DNA of 64,000 nt from Octopus vulgaris (taxonomy: Eukaryota), in NCBI GenBank assembly GCA_951406725.2, contig OX597824.1, positions 558,001 to 622,000 on the forward strand, read 5' to 3'. Shown here in pieces: positions 63,771 to 64,000 of this stretch. Made by a program: the position numbers and the translations under genes. Position 1 is the first letter of the stretch. Each line of letters starts with the position of its first letter. The notes under the pieces were generated by a model, which worked only from the letters and a program-made list of their open reading frames with translations, was not told the DNA's origin and made no database searches.

Positions 63771-64000
63771 CAGGCTTGTGTTTGGTCAAAAGAAAGCATT
63801 AAATGGTGGAAACTTTTAGCGGAGCGAAATAAGTTGAGTCGGTGAATTGTTGCTGTTGTTTAACTCCAGGTTAGGCCTCTTCGAGCAGGTCTGTGATCAA
63901 GTGTGTTTCAACTGCGACTAGTTCTTCCTTTTCTTCAGAATATTTATCAGGACAACATCATGTTAATCTTATCTTTCACAAAACGATAAGGTTTGTTATG

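Overview
AT-rich, microsatellite- and transposon-dense animal genomic DNA. The repeat families resemble those I recall from octopus (coleoid cephalopod) genomes; this is an inference. Two spliced genes diverge from a compact shared promoter at ~27.5-27.8 kb. On the minus strand, four phase-compatible coding exons (27495-27401, 10107-10071, 9520-9412, 105-4) encode a basic N-terminus followed by Ser-rich and acidic tracts, with an architecture reminiscent of UTP25/DIEXF (unconfirmed); the gene continues out of the window. On the plus strand, five coding exons (33096-51142) encode a ~470-aa protein with a single RBM4/lark-type RRM and a long low-complexity tail; there are several candidate poison or terminal exons. 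Introns carry a Helitron relic, a mariner nested in a foldback MITE nested in an RTE tail, piggyBac and Merlin derivatives, an LTR-retrotransposon pol fragment, many RTE-LINE 3' tails and tRNA-derived SINEs. Two observations stand out. (1) A cluster of minimal type-I hammerhead-ribozyme motifs of several families, typical of Penelope-like elements, includes a tRNA/Pol III-headed hammerhead element with an inverted partner and a 10-bp flanking duplication. (2) A ~4.3-kb, very homogeneous 64-bp tandem array has grown out of the internal repeat of an RTE LINE 3' UTR. All calls are by eye; no searches or folding programs were run.
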